A DNA stretch of 64,000 bases from the human T2T-CHM13v2.0 reference genome, Homo sapiens: assembly GCF_009914755.1 (NCBI RefSeq), contig NC_060926.1; one strand, given 5' to 3'. Below, in pieces: positions 63,876 through 64,000 of this stretch. The notes beneath the pieces are model-generated. The model was not told where the DNA came from. It was given only the letters and a program-made list of their open reading frames with translations, and ran no database searches. Made by a program: the position numbers and the translations under genes. Numbering within the stretch: position 1 is the stretch's first letter; each line of letters opens with the position of its first letter.

Positions 63876-64000
63876 TGATATGGTTTGGCTGTGTACCCAC
63901 CCAAATCTCATCTTGAATTGTAGTTCCCATAATCCCAACATGTCGTGGGAGAGACCCAGTGGGAGGTAATTAAATCATGAGGGTGGTTTCCTCCATGCTA
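63876..64000 (+). mobile_element. THE1-type MaLR LTR, 5' part (runs off window)
   Basis: tgatatggtttggctgtgtacccacccaaatctcatcttgaattgtag. Confidence 0.93.

Overview
AT-rich, CpG-poor primate (probably human or great-ape) genomic DNA, consistent with a large intron or gene desert. I recognise no host protein-coding exon, RNA gene or CpG island. Every ORF in the track with recognisable homology derives from a repeat (L1 ORF2, Alu, HSMAR2 or Tigger1 transposase). Roughly half the window is interspersed repeat: 10 Alus, three sizeable primate L1PA insertions, many older L1M pieces, two THE1-type LTRs and an LTR28/27-like solo LTR, L2/MIR, and several DNA-transposon fossils (Kanga/MER104-type Tc2, MER5, Charlie1a, near-full-length HSMAR2 and Tigger1). 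The most unusual features are mechanistic scars: two clear 5'-inverted (twin-primed) L1 insertions, one of which kept an inverted L1 promoter; a tiny L1 fold-back hairpin; and two apparent template-switch palindromes inside repeats. There is also a strong CTCF-like motif and a few speculative micro-exon candidates. I see no convincing novel biological system. Subfamily names come from recalled consensus sequences and need RepeatMasker/Dfam confirmation; boundaries of old elements are approximate.
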